IMG/VR virus record: IMGVR_UViG_3300048861_000051
Span: 1-32,530 of that record
Reading direction: 5' to 3' (one strand)
Source: a virus
Lineage: Duplodnaviria; Caudoviricetes
Length of the DNA stretch: 32,530 nt
The notes under the pieces are model-generated. The model had not been told where the DNA came from, searched no databases, and saw only the letters and a list, made by a program, of their open reading frames with translations. The position numbers were made by a program, and so were the translations under genes. Of the stretch, positions 24,053 through 32,530 are shown piece after piece (position 1 is the stretch's first letter; the number at the start of each line of letters is the position of its first letter).

Positions 24053-25434
24053 TGGCACTCGATCCGAATATCGCCCTTCAGGTCCAGCCGGCGCAAATTC
24101 AGAACCCACTGACGGCCTATGCGAACGTTGCAGCGCTTCAAGGTGCGCAGCAGCAGAACCAACTTTATGGTCTCGCGATCCAGCAGAAGGAACGCGAGGC
24201 AGGGCAGACGCAGGCGGTCAATGACGCGTATAAAAGCGCGATCGGTACGGATGGCACCGTCGACCCGACGAAGCTTTATAGCGGGGTGGCGAGCGCTGGC
24301 TACGGATCGGCGCTCCCGGCGCTCCAAAAATCGTTGACGGAAGCGCAGACCGCCCAACTCGCTCAGCAAAAGTCGAAAATTGAACTTGGCCTCCAACAGG
24401 TCGGCGCGATCGGCCAAATGCTGAATGGTGCAACTGATCAGGGAAGCTATACGGCGACGCTGCAACACGCCGCACAAGCGTTTGGACCGCAGTCGGTAGC
24501 GGGCTTCCCTTCGCAATTCGATCCGCAATTTATCGCGCAGAAAAAAGCCGAGGCATTGACGGTCGAACAGCAACTCGCCGAGCAGCACAAGAATATTTCT
24601 GACACGCTCGCGCAGAACACCTTTGCCGAAACGCAGCGCCATAACCAGGCGACCGAAGCGTCGACGACGCGCGGTCAAGATCTCACTGCGGCGACTGAAA
24701 CGCGCGGCCAGAACATGCGTGCGCTCGATTTCGATCCGAAAAGCGGCGTCGTCGTCAACAAGGTCACTGGCCAGTCGATGCCGGTTATGGGCGCGAACGG
24801 CCAGCCGATCGGAGGCGCGGCAAGCAATCTGACGCAGGATCAATCTAACGCTGTTGCATTCGGCGCGCGGGCACTCGATTCGCAACAGACCTTGCGGCAA
24901 CTTGAGGCGGCTGGCGTCACAAGCGGAAACCGTCTGCGCCAAGCCGTGAGCGGCGTTCCTGTTATCGGTGGTGCGCTCGCATCGGGTGCGAATGCTTTGC
25001 CGACTGCACTCGGCGGTGCGTCGGACCAGCAACAGAGCTACGAGCAGGCACAGCGCAACTTCGTAAGCGCTGTGCTGCGCAAAGAGTCGGGCGCCGCGAT
25101 CTCGAATGAAGAGTATGCGAACGAAGCGCAGAAGTACTTCCCACAGCCGGGCGACAGTGCCTCGACGATCGAGCAGAAGGCTCGCGCGCGCGATCTCGCG
25201 ATCGAAGGTCTTAAGGCGCAGGCCGGCCCCGGCGCATCGCTGATTCCGGGGATCATCTCATCGGCCAATCAGGACTATTCGCAGCAGCCGCGCGGCGGTC
25301 AGCAACAGCAGGGACCAGCGACGCAATCTCAGCCAGCCGCGCAAGTCGCGCCCGATGCCGCGCTCGCGGAGTTGCGCCGTCGCGCGGCATCGAATCCGGC
25401 GCTTGCCGCGCGCCTTCAGGCGATGGGGCATTAA
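24052..25434 (+). CDS. DNA ejection protein (P22 gp20 position)
   Basis: Q/A-rich; ETQRHN, TRGQD/TRGQN, LRKESGAAI..YFPQPGD. Confidence 0.7.
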   Translation: MALDPNIALQVQPAQIQNPLTAYANVAALQGAQQQNQLYGLAIQQKEREAGQTQAVNDAYKSAIGTDGTVDPTKLYSGVASAGYGSALPALQKSLTEAQTAQLAQQKSKIELGLQQVGAIGQMLNGATDQGSYTATLQHAAQAFGPQSVAGFPSQFDPQFIAQKKAEALTVEQQLAEQHKNISDTLAQNTFAETQRHNQATEASTTRGQDLTAATETRGQNMRALDFDPKSGVVVNKVTGQSMPVMGANGQPIGGAASNLTQDQSNAVAFGARALDSQQTLRQLEAAGVTSGNRLRQAVSGVPVIGGALASGANALPTALGGASDQQQSYEQAQRNFVSAVLRKESGAAISNEEYANEAQKYFPQPGDSASTIEQKARARDLAIEGLKAQAGPGASLIPGIISSANQDYSQQPRGGQQQQGPATQSQPAAQVAPDAALAELRRRAASNPALAARLQAMGH

Positions 25435-28068
25435 ATGGCCGATCTCAGCTCACTTTCAGACGACGCACTGCTGTCCTCGCTCGGCCCGGCGCCGGGAGCC
25501 GCGCACACGCCCGCCGCATTCGTCGCACAGCACGCCGGTACTGCGGCGGCGACCGGCCAGCAGCTCGGCGTTGATCCGAACCTGCTGCTCGCGCAATGGG
25601 GATTGGAAACCGGCTGGGGCAAGTCGGTTATCCCCGGTACGAACAACCTCGGCAATATCAAGGACTTCTCCGGCGGCGGTGTCCCCGCGCGCGACAACGC
25701 GACCGGGTCGAACGACAACTACCGCGCGTACTCATCGCCGGATGCATTCGCCGCCGATCAGGCGTCACTGCTGAGCCGCAAATATCCGGGCGTCGTCGGT
25801 GCTGGCTCAGACGTGACGAAGTTTGCCGCCGGCCTGCGCGACTATGCTGAAGACCCGCAATATGGTCAGAAGCTGGCCGCAACCGCACAGACGGTTCAAC
25901 GCGTCGCGCAGCAGAATCCCAGCCTGTTCGCCCGCGTCGGCAATGCGGTTGCGAGCGCGATTTCTGGCACCGCGAACGCGGCCACGCCGCAAGAGCTATC
26001 TGGCATCAGCGATGATGATCTGCTCGCCGCATTGGCATCCCGTCGCCAGGGCGCCGCACCGCAGGCACCGAGCAGCCCGCCGATTCTCGATCAGGTTGGG
26101 CACCAGCTTGGACTCACCGCGCGTGCCATCGGCCATGGCGTCGCCGATGCCGCCGGTCTGGTCGGTAACCCGATTAACGCGGCAATCAATGCGGCAGGTC
26201 GGGCAATTGGCCACGACCCGCAGCTTCAGGACGTGGACACGCTGATCCGACGCGGTGTCGACGCGGTGACTCCGGCGCCCGCCAACGGCACGGAACAAAC
26301 GGTCAATGACATCGCGGGTGCGGTGGCAAATCCGGTGAACGCGATCGGCGCCCCGATCATGGCTGGCGCGCGCTCGATCCCGGCGGCGATCGGCCGTGGC
26401 GCGATTGCGGGCGCTGTGACGGGCGATCTCCAACCGGTGCACCAAGGCGACACACTCGGCACGCTCGCGCAACGCGGCGCAGCCGGCGCGATCGGTGGAG
26501 CGGCTGGCGGCGCACTCGGTGCGGCTGCGAGTGGCGCGGTCGACAAACTGATCAACGGTGCGAATAACATCGTCACAGCGGTGCGCGCGAATCTTCCGTC
26601 GACGCAGGCCGCCTCGCGCATCAGCGCGGACGACATTCTCCAGCGTGCAGCACAGGACCAAGGAATCGACCTTTCGGCAATCCCGCAATCGATCCTGAAC
26701 GGTGCGCGTCAGCAGGTCACGGAGGCGCTTTCGAGCAATGCAGTGCCAGATGCCGCCGCGCTACTGCGCCGCGCCGAAGGCGAGGCCGTGCTAGGGCCCA
26801 ATGGCCTGACGCTCGGGCAGGCGACGCGCGATCCTGCGCAGTTCACCGCTGAAAAGAATCTGCGCGGTGTACAGGGGGCAGGCGAGCCGCTAATGCAGCG
26901 CTATGCGGACCAGAATCGCGGCCTCATCGGTGCACTGAATCAGCAGGGCGCCGCGCAAGCGCCCGGAGAATTCAACGCCGGGCAGTCGGCAATCGACGCG
27001 CTCGCCGCGCGCGACGCGTCCGCGCAGGCTAATGTAAGTGCGCTGTATCGGCGGGCCCGCGATCTGAACGGCGGCGACATTCCGCTGAACGGAGCGCGCT
27101 TCGCCGACCAAGCGAATACGACACTGGACTCAGATCTCGCACATGCGCATCTTCCGGAATGGGCGCGCTCGACGATGAACGACATTTCATCGGGGAATAT
27201 CCCGCTGACGGTGGGCGTATCGGAACAGTTCAAGACGCAGCTGTCGCGCGCGATTCGGTCATCGACGGATGGCAACGAACGGCACGCACTCGGCGTGGTG
27301 CGCAACGCGCTAGAGAGCGCCGAACCACTGGATGCTGCTGCACCGGTCGGCGGCAATCAGATCGTCACCGCCGAGCAGGCCGCCGCGCGCGGTCCGAGTT
27401 CGGCCGGCGCGGAGGCCGTCGACGCCTTCAACCAGGCGCGCGCCGCTGCCGCGCAACGCTTTGGCACGATTGACGCGAATCCAGCATTGCGGGCGGTGGT
27501 GAACGGCGACGCTGTACCCGACAACTTCTTCAAGCGCTATGTGCTGAACGGCAACGTCGGCGATGTCAATTCACTGCTCGGCCTCGTGCCGGATCAAGGC
27601 GCACAGTTGCGCTCGCAGGTGGTCGACTACCTGAAACAGAAGGCACTCAATGGCGCAAGCGATGAAATCGGAACGTTCAGCCAGTCAGCATTCAACAAGG
27701 CGCTGAATTCGCTGGGTGACGCGAAACTGAATGCTCTGTTCCCAGCGGATCAGGTCGCGAGGCTTCGCCAGATTGGGAGAGTCGCGGCTAATGTTCAGGC
27801 GCAGCCGGCCGGATCGGCGGTGAACAACTCAAATACTGGCGCCGCGGTGATGAATCTGCTGAGCCAGATGGGCGGCAAGGTCGGCTCATTGCCAGGCGTC
27901 AATTTGGCGCGCAATTCACTTAATGAGTTTCTGAATGAACGCGCTACAACTCAAGCCCTTGCGGCTCGCATTCAGGCGCAAGCCAATCCAGGTGTCTCGG
28001 GCTCGCTGAACGGGCTTCTTCCGCTCGCCGCGCCCGCCGGCGCTATTGCCTCCCAGCCGGGACATTAA
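25435..28068 (+). CDS. Large DNA ejection protein (gp16 position) with N-terminal GH73/FlgJ-like peptidoglycan hydrolase
   Basis: AQWGLETGWG, NNLGNIK, YRAYSS, YAEDPQYGQKL; Gly/Ala hydrophobic middle. Confidence 0.8.
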   Translation: MADLSSLSDDALLSSLGPAPGAAHTPAAFVAQHAGTAAATGQQLGVDPNLLLAQWGLETGWGKSVIPGTNNLGNIKDFSGGGVPARDNATGSNDNYRAYSSPDAFAADQASLLSRKYPGVVGAGSDVTKFAAGLRDYAEDPQYGQKLAATAQTVQRVAQQNPSLFARVGNAVASAISGTANAATPQELSGISDDDLLAALASRRQGAAPQAPSSPPILDQVGHQLGLTARAIGHGVADAAGLVGNPINAAINAAGRAIGHDPQLQDVDTLIRRGVDAVTPAPANGTEQTVNDIAGAVANPVNAIGAPIMAGARSIPAAIGRGAIAGAVTGDLQPVHQGDTLGTLAQRGAAGAIGGAAGGALGAAASGAVDKLINGANNIVTAVRANLPSTQAASRISADDILQRAAQDQGIDLSAIPQSILNGARQQVTEALSSNAVPDAAALLRRAEGEAVLGPNGLTLGQATRDPAQFTAEKNLRGVQGAGEPLMQRYADQNRGLIGALNQQGAAQAPGEFNAGQSAIDALAARDASAQANVSALYRRARDLNGGDIPLNGARFADQANTTLDSDLAHAHLPEWARSTMNDISSGNIPLTVGVSEQFKTQLSRAIRSSTDGNERHALGVVRNALESAEPLDAAAPVGGNQIVTAEQAAARGPSSAGAEAVDAFNQARAAAAQRFGTIDANPALRAVVNGDAVPDNFFKRYVLNGNVGDVNSLLGLVPDQGAQLRSQVVDYLKQKALNGASDEIGTFSQSAFNKALNSLGDAKLNALFPADQVARLRQIGRVAANVQAQPAGSAVNNSNTGAAVMNLLSQMGGKVGSLPGVNLARNSLNEFLNERATTQALAARIQAQANPGVSGSLNGLLPLAAPAGAIASQPGH

Positions 28069-28125
28069 CGTGACGAACGCGCTAAAGAGACCTGTTGCGA
28101 TAACGCTGATCAAGAACTTATCCAT
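27916..28125 (-). CDS. Antisense small membrane protein, sieA-position moron candidate
   Basis: MDKFLISVIATGLFSAFVTLM hydrophobic N-terminus, basic tail; upstream promoter match. Confidence 0.5.
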   Translation of the reverse strand: MDKFLISVIATGLFSAFVTLMSRLGGNSAGGRGERKKPVQRARDTWIGLRLNASRKGLSCSAFIQKLIK

Positions 28126-28149
28126 GTTTTCCGCCTTTTCGATTCGGGG

Positions 28150-28178
28150 ATATTAGACCATGGCCTCCATCCTGCCAA
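28150..28178 (-). promoter_or_regulatory. Sigma70-type promoter for the antisense ORF
   Basis: Minus strand TTGGCA-N17-TAATAT. Confidence 0.55.
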
Positions 28179-30403
28179 AAGGCAAGACGCAATTTACAAC
28201 CCTGCTGGGCCGGCCTCTGATTGGCGGCAAGGTCTATTTCTACGAACCCAATACGGAAACGAAAAAAGACACCTGGCAAGATCAGGCGTTGACGATCCCG
28301 AACACAAACCCCGTCATTCTTGATGCTCGGGGTGAAGCGGTGATATGGGGCAGCGGAACCTATCGGCAGGTTCTTAAGGACGTGCTCGGCATTACGATCT
28401 GGGATGAGGTGATTGACGACTTCACGGGTCAACTGTCAGGGTCGGGCGGCTCGAGCCAGATAGGTTTTATCCAAAGCGGGGATGGCGCAGTAGCGCGAAC
28501 CGTGGAAGAAAAGCTACGCGATATCGAGTTGAGTCCGAAAGATTTTGCGGGATTCCACGGTGATGGCGTGAGCGACGACACAGTTGCGGTCATGGCATGC
28601 CATGTGGAAGCCAACCTGATAGGTGCGCGGGTTTCGTATCGGGGTATTACGACCTTCACACTGCAGGCCAATGCAACTGTGCCAGTCAAGACCTCTACGG
28701 ATTGGGCCAATGCGAAGCTCGTGATATTGGGGGGCGTGAATACGCCGCCTTCGTTCAACACGTTCAATACGGCCTACTTCATCACCGATGATGATTGTCC
28801 GCTGCTGACCTACACAGGATCCGCTACAGACGGATTGGCGAAAGGCTCGTTCACTCCCACTGCGACTATCTTCGAGGGCCACGGTTACGCCAAGATCACC
28901 GCAGGCCTGCAAGTTCCTGGGCGCGACCGGGCCAGCACGCAGAGCTACACACAGGCGTTCGCAGTCAACCGTTTCGGCCGCGTGTCACATCCGTTGTCGG
29001 TAGACCTGTCTGCCTATGCCTCCAATATCACGGTCAATTATCGGAACACGTCGAAGCATCGGCTTACGCTCGCCGGGTTGGCTTTGACGGAGGGCACCTG
29101 GAATAATCAGCGTATTTTCCGGATTGAGCGCAGCAACGTCGAAGTCAAGCGGTTCACTGTGCTGTTCGCGGTCGAGGCGAATTACGACAACGTGATGGAA
29201 CTGATTTCCATCGGAGATTCGTCCGACATCGTGATCAACGACTTCGTGACGACAGGGCGCCCTGTGACGACCTCGACCGGCTCGTACTGCGTGGCGATCT
29301 ACGGCGGCGCTGATATCCGAATCAATCGCATGAAGGCAATCACCGGGTGGGGCGCCACCGGCACCGATGACGTGAATGGCATCCATGTCAACGATTCCAC
29401 CATCAACCGCGTGGACTGCCATTCGTCTGGCCACAACATGTTCGTGCAGAACTGCGAACTGCATAACCTTGGCATGACCTACGGATGGGGCGGCGGTGTG
29501 CTCAAGGTGAGCAACACGCGTCTCTATGGTTGCCCCGCGATCCAGTCTCGTCAGGACTGGGGCGGTACGTTCTTCGGTGAGCTGAAGGTGGACGCCGTCG
29601 AGGTCAACCACAACGGCACGGCGAGCTACACGGTAGTCGATCTCGCGACGAATGGGCTGGGCGCTTCGACTCAGGTCACCGGCCCGGAAACCATCAGCGT
29701 GACCAACGTGACGCGGGTCGGCAAGGCAAGCGCATCGCCAAGCGAAATCATCCCGGTTTCGATCAGGGTCGGCGGCCCACATGACGCTGTCGACGCCAGC
29801 TACGCGGTTACAGCGCCGTCTCACATCGCCGTCGATAACATCGTGTGCTTCGCCGGATGGCGCATCGGAATGCGGCTGGACTATTTCAACCTGGAAGCGA
29901 ATCCATCCAGCGCTCAGATCACGCGCGTGACGATGGGGCGCTGTCTCGCTGACACCTCGGCCAACGGCACCACGCAGGGCATCTTCGGATACCCCTCTGT
30001 CCGCACGCCGACGACTCCCGCAAAGATGTCGTTCCGGTTCAACGCAACCGAGAACATCGGCATCCAGTGTCTGTCGACCGCCAGTCTGGATATGGCCGCG
30101 GTGGGATGCAGCGTGAATGCCTGCCTGGTCGATCAGACGCTCGCGTCGCAACCTAACATCCAGTTCGACGCGTGCCGCTTCATCACCATGACCGCGGCTG
30201 CTATTGGAGGCAAGACAAGCGCAAATGCCGGTTACACGGTTCTGCGCAACTGCGAGGTTTCAAATTCCGCATGGGATCTGTCACAGGTTGCTGCGTTGTC
30301 GGGGGTGACAGTGCGCAATCCCGGAACAGCGGTGATTCTGCCGTCCGGAGTGACCACCGCGCAGGCATTCGCCGGCTGGCAGAAGACTGGCGCGTTCGCC
30401 TGA
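28160..30403 (+). CDS. Tailspike / receptor-binding protein, probable beta-helix
   Basis: Virion-attachment N-terminus (NTNPVILDARG), GFIQSGDGAVARTVEEKLRD neck, GDGVSDDT; N/T/G/V-rich body. Confidence 0.85.
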   Translation: MASILPKGKTQFTTLLGRPLIGGKVYFYEPNTETKKDTWQDQALTIPNTNPVILDARGEAVIWGSGTYRQVLKDVLGITIWDEVIDDFTGQLSGSGGSSQIGFIQSGDGAVARTVEEKLRDIELSPKDFAGFHGDGVSDDTVAVMACHVEANLIGARVSYRGITTFTLQANATVPVKTSTDWANAKLVILGGVNTPPSFNTFNTAYFITDDDCPLLTYTGSATDGLAKGSFTPTATIFEGHGYAKITAGLQVPGRDRASTQSYTQAFAVNRFGRVSHPLSVDLSAYASNITVNYRNTSKHRLTLAGLALTEGTWNNQRIFRIERSNVEVKRFTVLFAVEANYDNVMELISIGDSSDIVINDFVTTGRPVTTSTGSYCVAIYGGADIRINRMKAITGWGATGTDDVNGIHVNDSTINRVDCHSSGHNMFVQNCELHNLGMTYGWGGGVLKVSNTRLYGCPAIQSRQDWGGTFFGELKVDAVEVNHNGTASYTVVDLATNGLGASTQVTGPETISVTNVTRVGKASASPSEIIPVSIRVGGPHDAVDASYAVTAPSHIAVDNIVCFAGWRIGMRLDYFNLEANPSSAQITRVTMGRCLADTSANGTTQGIFGYPSVRTPTTPAKMSFRFNATENIGIQCLSTASLDMAAVGCSVNACLVDQTLASQPNIQFDACRFITMTAAAIGGKTSANAGYTVLRNCEVSNSAWDLSQVAALSGVTVRNPGTAVILPSGVTTAQAFAGWQKTGAFA

Positions 30404-30467
30404 TGAGCCTTTTCGGTGGTTGCACTGAAGGCGTCTGACAAAAATCAAGATCGTTGCCGGGGGAAGG

Positions 30468-30839
30468 ATGGGTGAGAGCGTGAGATATCCGGATGCTGTG
30501 CACACGGAAGGGGATGGCTGGGGCGCCGTTATTAGGGCGGTGGATAGCCTGCGCGACGAGGTCGGGCAGCGGCATGCAGAGAACACCAGCACGCTCGAGG
30601 TGATGGAGGGGAAATTGAACGAGGTCATCACGAGAGTAGACGACCTGCACCGGGGATTTCCTGATGGCGATCCAGACTCGCACTGCCGCTATCACGAGAC
30701 GCTCATCCGAAAGGCTGAGGCGCGTGCTGATCTTTACGAAGAGTTGCGTGCGGAACTGGTCAAAAAGGGGTTATGGGCGCTGCTTGTTTTGATGGGCATC
30801 GCGGTCTGGCAATTCGTAAAAGGGAAGCTGACGACATGA
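30468..30839 (+). CDS. Membrane protein with single C-terminal TM (holin/antiholin candidate)
   Basis: Coiled coil, GFPDGDPDSHCRYHE, TM GLWALLVLMGIAVWQFV; precedes endolysin. Confidence 0.6.
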   Translation: MGESVRYPDAVHTEGDGWGAVIRAVDSLRDEVGQRHAENTSTLEVMEGKLNEVITRVDDLHRGFPDGDPDSHCRYHETLIRKAEARADLYEELRAELVKKGLWALLVLMGIAVWQFVKGKLTT

Positions 30840-31351
30840 GCGCATTCGATGATGCATTTGCCGCGCTGATCGGCAACGAGGGCAGTTTCACCGCTGACCC
30901 GAAAGATCGCGGTAACTGGACGAGCGGACAAATCGGGACCGGCCAGCTCAACGGCACGAAGTACGGGATCAGCGCCATGTCGTACCCTGCGCTCGACATC
31001 AAAAATCTGACACTTGATCAGGCAAAGCAGATATATCGCGCCGACTACTGGACGAAGTTCGGGGGCGATCTGCTCGACCCGGCGCTCGGGTTTCAGGTGT
31101 TCGACGGCGCAGTCAACAGCGGCGTCGTCCCAGCGATCAAGTGGCTTCAGTCTGCAGCCGGCGTGAAGGCTGATGGCGTGCTCGGTCCAATCACAGCAGC
31201 AGCGATCGCCGCGCGCGAGCCGAAGGCACTGATCGCTGCGTTCAATGGATACCGGCTCCAGTACATGGTGCAGGCCGCTGCATGGCCTACCTACTCGAAG
31301 GGCTGGGCGCTACGCATCGCAGGAAATCTGATCAAGGGAGCAACCGCATGA
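30836..31351 (+). CDS. Endolysin, glycoside hydrolase family 108 with PG-binding domain
   Basis: NEGSF..DPKDRGNWT, GTKYGISA, FDGAVNSG, ADGVLGPIT, KGWALRI. Confidence 0.9.
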   Translation: MSAFDDAFAALIGNEGSFTADPKDRGNWTSGQIGTGQLNGTKYGISAMSYPALDIKNLTLDQAKQIYRADYWTKFGGDLLDPALGFQVFDGAVNSGVVPAIKWLQSAAGVKADGVLGPITAAAIAAREPKALIAAFNGYRLQYMVQAAAWPTYSKGWALRIAGNLIKGATA

Positions 31352-31986
31352 AATGGTCCGATCTCGCCCCCATCATCGCCAAAGCGGCTCCGCTGCTTGG
31401 CTCCGCGCTAGGCCCGCTTGGCACGATCGCCGGCGGCGCCGTGGGCGCCATCATCTCGTCGGTGACCGGCACGCCGGCCGATGATCCCGACGCCGCTGCT
31501 GCTGCAATCGCCGCTGATCCGACGCTGCTCGAAAAGCTGCGCGAGGCCGAGTTGACAAATCAGGCGACGCTCGCGCAGGTCGCGCTACAGCAGAAGCAGG
31601 CCGAATTGGCCGCTCAGACGGCCGCCGACGCGCAGCGTACCGCGCAGTATCAGGCCGAAGCCGCCGACCGCGACAGCGCCCGGAAACTGGCCGCGCAGCA
31701 GCCGAAAGACTTCATGCGCCCGTTGCTCAGTCTGGCTATCGTGGCCGCAACAATCGCCGTGGTGTTCATCGTGCTGCTCGGGTTCGCGGACGGCACGCTG
31801 CGCGATCCTGTCATCGCGGCGACGGCCGGCGGCCTGGTCATGTACTTCCTGAAGGAGTCGTCGCAGGTGACCGGCTTCTGGTTCGGGATGACGCGCGAGG
31901 CGAGCGTGACGAATGCCAAGGTAGCCGATTTCGCGACGTCGCCCGGGACGGTCACGGCGACACCGCCTCATCCGACGCCCCAATGA
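31348..31986 (+). CDS. Holin-like membrane protein
   Basis: APLLGSALG N-terminus, ADRDSAR, two TM segments, FWFG; follows GH108. Confidence 0.65.
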   Translation: MKWSDLAPIIAKAAPLLGSALGPLGTIAGGAVGAIISSVTGTPADDPDAAAAAIAADPTLLEKLREAELTNQATLAQVALQQKQAELAAQTAADAQRTAQYQAEAADRDSARKLAAQQPKDFMRPLLSLAIVAATIAVVFIVLLGFADGTLRDPVIAATAGGLVMYFLKESSQVTGFWFGMTREASVTNAKVADFATSPGTVTATPPHPTPQ

Positions 31987-32009
31987 AAAAGCCGCCTTCC
32001 GGCGGCTTT
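31986..32009. terminator. Bidirectional intrinsic terminator at the end of the late operon
   Basis: AAAAA-GCCGCC-TTCC-GGCGGC-TTT. Confidence 0.75.
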
Positions 32010-32035
32010 GCCTTCTCGGGCGCTAGAATGCCCCG

Positions 32036-32254
32036 ATGGACAACGAGAACGCCACCGAATACCTGCTCGAGCGGGCCGCAATCATGGAAGTCGATGGCGG
32101 CCTGAAGCGGTACGACGCCGAGTTTTACGCGATCGTGGCGACGTGGAAATTCTGCAACCGAACCGGCGCGGAGCCGCCCACCGCGCTCAATTACAAGATG
32201 ATCAGCCGGGGATTCACTGGCGACGAGGCGAGGGAGCCCGGAGAGAGAGCGTAG
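32036..32254 (+). CDS. Small protein with ERAAIMExDGGL motif
   Basis: 72 aa; motif recurrent in phage proteins; TAGAAT 6 nt upstream of ATG. Confidence 0.65.
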   Translation: MDNENATEYLLERAAIMEVDGGLKRYDAEFYAIVATWKFCNRTGAEPPTALNYKMISRGFTGDEAREPGERA

Positions 32255-32314
32255 ATGTGCGAATGCCAGCTTTTTGCCAGCATTCGCCTGCGGGGCCAGT
32301 ACTGATAAGGAATT

Positions 32315-32344
32315 GCGGGGGTTCGAGTCCCCTCCCTCGCACCA
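32315..32344 (+). other. att core: duplicated 3' end of a tRNA (probably tRNA-Leu); right prophage boundary
   Basis: GGGGG-TTCGAGT-CCCCT T-arm + CCCTCGC + A-CCA; no matching 5' half upstream. Confidence 0.85.
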
Positions 32345-32357
32345 CTTATCTGTAGTG

Positions 32358-32395
32358 AAAAACCCCGTCGAGTCTTAGAACTGGCGGGGTTTTTT
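32358..32395. terminator. Host tRNA terminator displaced by integration
   Basis: AAAAACCCCGTC...GGCGGGGTTTTTT. Confidence 0.8.
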
Positions 32396-32530
32396 GTTTC
32401 TGCTCCGCGTGCTCGCACGCATGTCGGGCCTGTTGGACAAAGGCCGCCCCGACGTTGCTTCAGCGCCTCAGACGTCCGGCGTGTCCGTTTGCGCCTGCGC
32501 GCCGGGCAGTTCCGCCTGGGCCGCGCCTTC

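Larger units (their letters stand above)
1..32344. mobile_element. Temperate prophage (lambdoid early region, P22-like podoviral late region); left end outside the window
   Basis: Continuous phage gene order from recombination, cI/cro, replication, terminase, portal, capsid, ejection, tailspike to lysis, ending at a tRNA 3' fragment. Confidence 0.95.

Noticed and set aside
28160-30403. Diversity-generating retroelement or invertible tail segment
   Set aside because: No reverse transcriptase, invertase or template/variable repeat pair seen in the window
30408-30433. Hairpin after the tailspike gene as a terminator
   Set aside because: Imperfect stem and no U-tract
32260-32344. Complete tRNA gene
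   Set aside because: No 5' acceptor strand (GCGAGGG), D-arm or anticodon arm upstream; only the att fragment is present
32468-32530. 3' end of a host gene on the minus strand (...AQTDTPDV stop)
   Set aside because: Only 21 codons visible; cannot be identified or confirmed

Overview
The window is almost entirely one temperate prophage, about 32.3 kb, whose left end and integrase lie upstream of position 1. High GC and gene content suggest a Burkholderiaceae host (inference). The early region is lambdoid: a leftward PL operon (small genes, RecE/RecT, HNH-AP2, methyltransferase), a cI/cro switch with readable operators, a CII-like gene, a DUF1376-type replication gene with internal iterons, a RuvC-like resolvase and a DUF2829/Tad2-like gene. 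The late region is P22-like/podoviral: TerS, TerL, portal, scaffold, N4-gp56-type capsid, adaptor, nozzle, three ejection proteins (one with a GH73 domain), tailspike and a GH108 lysis cassette. It ends at a duplicated tRNA 3' end (att, about 32315-32344). Best leads: (i) an Fe(II)/2OG hydroxylase plus GNAT pair coupled inside the tail/ejection operon; (ii) an early ORF after cro that starts with a copy of the phage's own TerS motif FWLKNRR..WR and overlaps an antisense gene; (iii) a Tad2-like protein with altered conserved motifs inside a cluster of orphan genes; (iv) an antisense membrane gene with its own promoter at the P22 sieA position; (v) tandem RNA hairpins before the scaffold gene. 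All family calls are from motif recognition and synteny; no searches were run.
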